Source: a virus (taxonomy: Duplodnaviria > Caudoviricetes). From it: a DNA stretch of 30,846 bases. The stretch spans positions 1 through 30,846 of IMG/VR virus record IMGVR_UViG_3300049982_000102; one strand, written 5' to 3'. Shown here piece after piece: positions 25,548 to 30,846 of this stretch (position 1 is the stretch's first letter; the number at the start of each line of letters is the position of its first letter). The notes under the pieces are model-generated. The model was not told the origin of the DNA. It did no database searches and saw only the letters and a program-made list of their open reading frames with translations. A program made the position numbers and the translations under genes.

Positions 25548-27228
25548 GAGCGTCGCCCGCGAGCACTACCGTGGCCGTCACCGCCTGGCCGACGCGGTCG
25601 CTCGTCTCGCCGCCCAGCTGTGGCGGCGCATCGATCCGGCCAACCTCGACCATTCATGGGCGGCGGTCGCGCCGCAGCTGCTGATCGGCGTCGCCGGCGC
25701 TCAGCTCGCCGCGGCCCGGACCGCGGACGACTACCTCGACGGCGTGCTGTCCGCGCAGGATGCGAGCCCGGCCGCCGACATGGCGCTGGTGCCCGACGCG
25801 CTGGCCGGCGTGGCGTCGGACGGCCGGCCGCTGGACTCGCTGCTGGTCAACTCGGTGTTCGCGGTCAAGGCCGCGATCGGCGACGGCGCGCCGGTGGATC
25901 TGGCGATGGCGACCGGGTACGCGAACCTCGACATGCTGGTGCGCACTCAGGTCGCCGACGCGGGCCGGGCCGCCGACCAGGTGTCGCTGGTGGCGCATCG
26001 CGCCGCGGGCGGCTACGTGCGGATGGTCGTCGGCAAGACGTGCTCGCGCTGCATCGTGCTGGCGGGCCGGCACTACGAGTGGAACGCCGGTTTTCTTCGG
26101 CACCCGCGTTGCGACTGCATCCACATCCCCGCGGCGGAGTCGCTCGACAGCCTGCGCACCAACCCGCGCGCTCTCTTCGACGCGATGTCGCGGCCCGAGC
26201 AGGACAAGACGTTCACCAAGGCCGGCGCGGAGGCGATCCGCGACGGTTCGGACATCGGCCGGGTGGTCAACGCCCGCCGCGGCATGTACGAGGCCGGCGG
26301 CAAGCAGCTCACGACCGAGGCGACCACCCGCGCGGGCGTCAACCGACGCATCCGGCTCATGCCGGAGCAGATCTACCGCGAAGCCGGCGGAGACCGCGAG
26401 GAGGCCCTGCGGCTGCTCCGCGCGCACGGCTACCTGCGGCAGGCCCCAAGTCGCGTGCGTGTGCCGCAGCCGCGGCCCCCGGTGCGCGAGACGGCGCCGG
26501 TCCCCGCAGTACCGCGGTCGCTGGCCGATCGGGTGAAGGCGGGCATCACCGACCGGCGGCTGCTGTCCGGCGGACAGAACGCGAAGACGGAGCTGCTCAC
26601 CCTCGCCGACGGGTCGAAGGTCGTCTTCAAGAAGGCCAGGCCCATCGAGGGCGTGTCCGCCCGGACACAGCAGGACGCCGAACAGCTGCTACCGATCGTG
26701 CTGCGCGCGGCCGGCCTGCGGGCGCCGGACATCTACCGGCCGACCGCGAACCAGCTCTACATGGAGTACTTCGAGGGCGACATCGCGAGCAAGCACCGAC
26801 TTCCCGGGTCGCACCGGATCAACCCGGCCGACTTCGACGCCGACCAGGGACTCCTGCTGGGCCTGGTCGACCAGATCACCGACAACTACGACCGCAACGG
26901 CGGGAACTGGCTGATCGCCGCCGACCGTACGGTCCGGCCGATCGACCACGGCTTCGCGTTCTCGTACTACGGCAGCAGCCCGGCGCATGCGGTGCGGATG
27001 ATGGTCGACCAGCCGGGTGCGGCGTTCCACGGCAGCCGGACGCCGCATATCGATGAGTGGGCCGACAACGACATGTCCCCGGCGGATCTCGCGTTGCTGA
27101 GGTCCAAGCTTGAGCGGCTGCTGCCGGAGTTCCGGCGCCTGGGCCGCGAGGACTGGCACGCGAAGATGCTGATCCGCCTGGAGCAGATCGAACGGCACGC
27201 CCGCGGCTCGAAGCGGAGGATCCGGTGA
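25537..27228 (+). CDS. MuF-like minor head protein fused to a C-terminal HipA/PI3-PI4-kinase-like domain
   Basis: Post-portal position; CSRCIVLAG and RHPRCDCIHIP. After a Pro-rich linker come SGGQN, VVFKK, DRNGGNWL and IDHGFAF. Confidence 0.85.
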   Translation: MSAESVAREHYRGRHRLADAVARLAAQLWRRIDPANLDHSWAAVAPQLLIGVAGAQLAAARTADDYLDGVLSAQDASPAADMALVPDALAGVASDGRPLDSLLVNSVFAVKAAIGDGAPVDLAMATGYANLDMLVRTQVADAGRAADQVSLVAHRAAGGYVRMVVGKTCSRCIVLAGRHYEWNAGFLRHPRCDCIHIPAAESLDSLRTNPRALFDAMSRPEQDKTFTKAGAEAIRDGSDIGRVVNARRGMYEAGGKQLTTEATTRAGVNRRIRLMPEQIYREAGGDREEALRLLRAHGYLRQAPSRVRVPQPRPPVRETAPVPAVPRSLADRVKAGITDRRLLSGGQNAKTELLTLADGSKVVFKKARPIEGVSARTQQDAEQLLPIVLRAAGLRAPDIYRPTANQLYMEYFEGDIASKHRLPGSHRINPADFDADQGLLLGLVDQITDNYDRNGGNWLIAADRTVRPIDHGFAFSYYGSSPAHAVRMMVDQPGAAFHGSRTPHIDEWADNDMSPADLALLRSKLERLLPEFRRLGREDWHAKMLIRLEQIERHARGSKRRIR

Positions 27229-27434
27229 GGGCGTCGGCGCTGGACTACATCGAGGTGCGCACCGGCGACGTCCTGGACACGGTCACCCTCGACGGCGACC
27301 GCCTGGTCTACGCGACCGGCGCCGCCGAGCAGATGTTCTCCGACTGGCGCGACCGCTTCGGCTGGGGCGCCGCCGAGACCTACGACCGGCTGACCGCCTG
27401 GTCCAACGGCTACGTGGCCCTGCAGCCGCACTAG
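27225..27434 (+). CDS. Small acidic protein, candidate immunity protein for the MuF kinase domain
   Basis: GGAGG SD, GTGA-coupled to the MuF stop, 69 aa. The function is inferred from position. Confidence 0.65.
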   Translation: MRASALDYIEVRTGDVLDTVTLDGDRLVYATGAAEQMFSDWRDRFGWGAAETYDRLTAWSNGYVALQPH

Positions 27435-27580
27435 ACCGCCTGGGCCGCCGGGACGATCACGGTGATCACCCAGAGCAGCAGGCCGAGCGCGACGAGGTTG
27501 ATGCGGGTCGCGACGGCGGCCGCGGCGAGGCCGAAGCACACGGCTGCGGCGATGAGTAGAAGCAGGATCACGACTTCCAT
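27431..27580 (-). CDS. Small two-TM membrane protein on the opposite strand (49 aa)
   Basis: MEVVILLLLIAAAVCFGLAAAAVATRINLVALGLLLWVITVIVPAAQAV; its stop overlaps that of the upstream gene (CTAG). Confidence 0.65.
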   Translation of the reverse strand: MEVVILLLLIAAAVCFGLAAAAVATRINLVALGLLLWVITVIVPAAQAV

Positions 27581-27668
27581 GCGCCCGCGTGTACCCATCC
27601 GCGGGCCCGCACGAAACAAGGCCTCCCGGCGCGCAAGGCCTCGGGACTGACCCCGCAACGGAGTCACC

Positions 27669-28283
27669 ATGTCCGACCAGGACGATCCCATCATCGAGAC
27701 CGACGTCGACACGGATCCGGTCGACGACACCGATGACGGGGCGACCGACGACGGCGCCGACAAGCTCGGCGACGCCGGCAAGCAGGCCCTCGACCGGATG
27801 AAGGTCCGGCTGCGTGAAGAGCGGACGGCGCGCAAAGCGCTAGAAGTCAAGCTCGCGGCGAAGACCCCGGCCAAGGACGACGACGCCCCGGATCCGGCCG
27901 AACTGAAGAAGCAGGCGCAGGCCGAGGCTCGGGCCGAGGTGCTCGTGGACCGGGCGCTCGACAAGGTCGAGGCCCGGGCGGCGAAGTTGTTCGCCGATCC
28001 GGAGGACGCCCGCGCGCTGCTGGCCGGGCAGGTCGACGACTTCATCGACGACGGCAAGGTAGACGTCGATGCGGTCGACGAGGCACTGAAGGAACTACTC
28101 ACCAAGAAGCCCCACCTCGCGGCCGCAACGGCCAAGCGGTTCCAGGGCGGAGCGGACGGCGGTGCCCGCAAGGGGTCCGGGGTCTCGCAACTCACCGAGC
28201 AAGACCTCAACCGAATGAAGCCTGAGCAGATCGTGAAGGCCCGCGAAGAGGGCCGCTTCAACGACCTGCTCGGGGCAAGCTGA
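27669..28283 (+). CDS. Capsid scaffolding protein
   Basis: Acidic N-terminus, LGDAGKQALDRMK coiled coil, KPHLAA and DGGAR; directly before the capsid gene. Confidence 0.88.
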   Translation: MSDQDDPIIETDVDTDPVDDTDDGATDDGADKLGDAGKQALDRMKVRLREERTARKALEVKLAAKTPAKDDDAPDPAELKKQAQAEARAEVLVDRALDKVEARAAKLFADPEDARALLAGQVDDFIDDGKVDVDAVDEALKELLTKKPHLAAATAKRFQGGADGGARKGSGVSQLTEQDLNRMKPEQIVKAREEGRFNDLLGAS

Positions 28284-28297
28284 CCCGAGAGGCAGAC

Positions 28298-29140
28298 ATG
28301 GCCATCACCAGGTTCCGGCCTGAGATCTGGTCTGCGGAACTCCTCGTCGCGCTTCGCAAGAAGCTGGTCTACGCCGGTCCCGGCGTGGTCAATCGCGACT
28401 ACGAGGGCGAGATCGCGCAGGCCGGTGACACCGTCCGAATCACCTCCATCTCCGACCCGACGATCGGCACGTACTCGGCGAACGTCACCGTGGTGACGCC
28501 CGAGGAACTGACCGACGCGCAGCGGACCCTGACCATCGACCAGGCGAAGTACTTCGCGTTCTTCGTCGACGACGTCGACCAGCGCCAGGCCAAGGGCAAC
28601 GTCATGCCCGAGGCGATGCGGCGCGCGGCCTACAAGCTCGCCGACCAGGCCGACCAGTTCGTGGCCGCGCTCTACACCGGCGCGCAGACCGCGAACGCGC
28701 TCGGCACCGTCGCAGTGACTACCGCGGCGATCGCCGAGGCGCAGATCATCGCGCTGAAGGTGAAGCTCGACGAGGCGAACGTGCCGCAGGAGGGCCGGTT
28801 CGTCACCGTCCCGCCGTGGTACCACGCCCTGCTGCTGGCCTCCGACCACTTCGTGCGGCTGGACGCCTCCGGCACGACCGACGCGCTGCGCAACGGCACG
28901 GTGATGCGGGGCTTCGGCTTCGACATCCTCGTCACCAACAACGCGCCGCTGGTGACCGGCGACGACTACGCCGTGATGGCGGGCGTCGACTCGGCGATCT
29001 CCTTCGCCGAGCAGATCAACCAGGTCGAGGCGTACCGGCCCGAGGCCAAGTTCGCCGACGCCGTCAAGGGCCTGTACCTCTACGGCGCCAAGCTGGTCCG
29101 GCCCGACTCCATCGCCACGCTCGTCGCGAGCAAGACCTGA
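28298..29140 (+). CDS. Major capsid protein (HK97 fold, P22-coat-like family)
   Basis: FRPEIWS...NRDYEGEI...GDTVRI...LTIDQAKYFAF...LDEANVP..GR...YGAKLVRP. Confidence 0.93.
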   Translation: MAITRFRPEIWSAELLVALRKKLVYAGPGVVNRDYEGEIAQAGDTVRITSISDPTIGTYSANVTVVTPEELTDAQRTLTIDQAKYFAFFVDDVDQRQAKGNVMPEAMRRAAYKLADQADQFVAALYTGAQTANALGTVAVTTAAIAEAQIIALKVKLDEANVPQEGRFVTVPPWYHALLLASDHFVRLDASGTTDALRNGTVMRGFGFDILVTNNAPLVTGDDYAVMAGVDSAISFAEQINQVEAYRPEAKFADAVKGLYLYGAKLVRPDSIATLVASKT

Positions 29141-29157
29141 GAAGGAGCTGACCTGAC

Positions 29158-29544
29158 ATGGCTCGCGTTGCGCTGCCTTACAGCAACCTCACGCCGAACG
29201 CCGACATCCTCGACCCGACCGGGGTCGCGACGGTGGCGGGCGCCGGCAACGGACTCCAGGTCCCGGACATCTCGCCGAACCGGCGCCAGTCACTGCCGGA
29301 GCTGACGCTCCTGCGGGTGGCGAACGCCTCCGGCGGTTCGGGCACTATCTCGGTGCTGCCCAGCACCAACCCGCCGAACGTGGCGGGCGGGCTGGGTGCC
29401 CTCACAACGACCGTGGCGAACTCCACGACCCGCTGGATCGGGCCGTTCGAGTCCAACCGGTTCATCCAGTCGGACGGCTCGCTGATCCTCGAGTCCAGCG
29501 TGGTCATGACCGTCACGGCGTTCAAGGTCCCGCGGAACACGTGA
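29158..29544 (+). CDS. Probable virion protein (head decoration-like)
   Basis: AAGGAG SD, beta-rich, immediately after the capsid gene. Confidence 0.65.
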   Translation: MARVALPYSNLTPNADILDPTGVATVAGAGNGLQVPDISPNRRQSLPELTLLRVANASGGSGTISVLPSTNPPNVAGGLGALTTTVANSTTRWIGPFESNRFIQSDGSLILESSVVMTVTAFKVPRNT

Positions 29545-29813
29545 TGACCGAGACGGGATTCTTCCGCGGCGCGGGCGGGTCCGTCTTCCAGCTGGACCTG
29601 CCCCTCTCGGAGGTCATGCAGGACCAGGCCACCCGCGGCCAGCTGGTCCGGGTGAACGAGGACGGCTCGCCGTTCGAGGCCGAGGCGCCGAAGCGGCCGG
29701 CCGACAGTGCGGGCAAGCCCGCGTGGGTCGGCTACGCGGTCTCGCGTGGCGCCTCCGTCGACGACGCGGACGCGATGACGAAGAACGACCTCATCGAGAA
29801 GTACGGCAAGTGA
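29541..29813 (+). CDS. Small head-region protein with C-terminal helix-extension-helix-like motif
   Basis: PADSAGKPAWVGYAVSRG...MTKNDLIEKYG; coupled start. Confidence 0.7.
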   Translation: MMTETGFFRGAGGSVFQLDLPLSEVMQDQATRGQLVRVNEDGSPFEAEAPKRPADSAGKPAWVGYAVSRGASVDDADAMTKNDLIEKYGK

Positions 29814-29831
29814 GGACGGGGGCGAGCTTCC

Positions 29832-30422
29832 ATGGCTGACCAGATCGTGACGCCGGCGGAGCTCGCCACCTTCCTGCAACTCGGCGCGTTCGCCTCGCTG
29901 ACCGCGGACCAGCAGGCGACGCTGACCATGCTGGCCAACCTGGCCACCGCGAAGGTTCAGGCCGCGGCCGGCCAGCGCATCGTGGACGCCACCGACACCG
30001 CGGTCATCGACGTCGAGGTCTGCGACTTCGACGAGTACCTTCCGCTGCCGCAGCTTCCGGTGCGCTCGGTCGCGACGGTGACGCTGAACGGCACGGTCAT
30101 CTCCGACTGGTTCGTCCGCAAGCAGCAGCTCTGGCGGCTACTGGGCTGGAGCTGGAACACCCTCGCACCGTCGCAGGTGAAGGTGCTGTACACCCACGGG
30201 TATCTCGACGGCGCGGCGGGCCTCGAGCTGGCGCGGGGCTTTGCGTTCGCGCTGGGCGCCGCAGGCTGGGGCAACCCCGGCGGCGCGACGTCCGAGGCGA
30301 TCGACGACTACAAGGTGACCTACGCCGAGGCCGACGCCCGGATGCAGGTCACGGACAGCATGCGCGACCAGCTTCAGGCCGCCTACGGCACCGCCGCGTA
30401 CGTCGTCGGCTCGCGGAACTGA
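29832..30422 (+). CDS. Head-to-tail adaptor
   Basis: TPAELATFL...LPQLPVRSVATV...YTHGY...NP...SEAIDDYKVTY, plus position. Confidence 0.82.
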   Translation: MADQIVTPAELATFLQLGAFASLTADQQATLTMLANLATAKVQAAAGQRIVDATDTAVIDVEVCDFDEYLPLPQLPVRSVATVTLNGTVISDWFVRKQQLWRLLGWSWNTLAPSQVKVLYTHGYLDGAAGLELARGFAFALGAAGWGNPGGATSEAIDDYKVTYAEADARMQVTDSMRDQLQAAYGTAAYVVGSRN

Positions 30423-30433
30423 CGGGGGCGACG

Positions 30434-30846
30434 ATGGCATTCCCCGCCGGGCTGACCCTGGTCACCGTCCACGGCCGCTTCGACCTCCCACCTTCCGGCG
30501 GCGCCGCGGGCTCCGTACGGTTCACCTCCCGGACGGCCCTGACCGGACCGACCGACAACAGCATCGTGCCGCCGTTCAGCCGGTCCGCCGACCTGGACGT
30601 CAACGGCGAGTTCACCCTGCAGCTCCCGGCGACGAACGATCCGCAGTGGGCGCCGTCCGGCTGGGCGTACGCGGTACAGGTGAGCATCGGCGCCGCGACC
30701 ATCCGTGGCACCCTGCAGCTCGACTACCTCGCGCCCACGGTCGAGCTGGCCGATCTCATCCAGGTCGACGGCGCCGCGGTGCCCGGCACGACGTACGCGA
30801 CCCTGGCCCAGCTGGCTGTGGTCTCGACGGACCTCGACGCGGCCGA
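30434..30846 (+). CDS. Virion structural protein (fibre/appendage-type N-terminal beta domain), 3'-truncated by the window
   Basis: ATG 30434 opens MAFPAGLTLVTVHGRF...LDVNGEFTLQLPATNDP...GWAYAV with no stop before the window end. Confidence 0.7.
   Translation, partial: MAFPAGLTLVTVHGRFDLPPSGGAAGSVRFTSRTALTGPTDNSIVPPFSRSADLDVNGEFTLQLPATNDPQWAPSGWAYAVQVSIGAATIRGTLQLDYLAPTVELADLIQVDGAAVPGTTYATLAQLAVVSTDLDAA

Larger units (their letters stand above)
1..30846. mobile_element. Temperate tailed phage genome segment (accessory, integration/immunity, early/replication, packaging and head modules)
   Basis: Integrase-repressor-xis cassette, recombination and replication genes, then terS-terL-portal-MuF-scaffold-capsid-adaptor in canonical order. 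Pervasive ATGA/GTGA start-stop overlaps. No host housekeeping genes recognised. Confidence 0.97.

Noticed and set aside
27581-28849. 472-aa minus-strand ORF
   Set aside because: Antisense shadow of the scaffold and capsid genes; only the last 49 codons look like a real gene.

Overview
The whole window is one contiguous part of a temperate tailed phage of a high-GC actinobacterium. The narrower guess of a Micromonosporaceae-like host is an impression from gene style only. Left to right it contains: (1) accessory genes, namely an AlpA-like HTH with a divergent two-gene operon and two membrane proteins; (2) an apparently intact attP, i.e. the 3' half of a CAT-anticodon tRNA with integrase arm-type repeats on both sides; (3) a tyrosine integrase, XRE repressor and divergent Xis/Cro-like gene; (4) a long, tightly coupled early operon with many small hypothetical genes, a RecE-like exonuclease and probable annealing protein, ArsR HTH, RuvC-like resolvase, ParB-like protein, an exported protein, a Dam-like methyltransferase, a replication initiator and several HTH regulators; (5) a frameshifted GIY-YIG/T5orf172-like gene, HNH, small and large terminase, portal, MuF-like head protein, scaffold, major capsid and head-tail adaptor. 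The most striking feature is the MuF-like head protein. It carries a C-terminal HipA/PI3-PI4-kinase-like domain with recognisable catalytic motifs and is followed by a coupled 69-aa gene, the layout of a virion-delivered toxin/immunity pair. Other signals are a possible anti-SD/anti-anti-SD RNA switch, 10-bp-phased GCAGT repeats shared by attP and the immunity switch, and a possible origin inside the rep gene. All product calls come from motifs recognised by eye; no searches were run.
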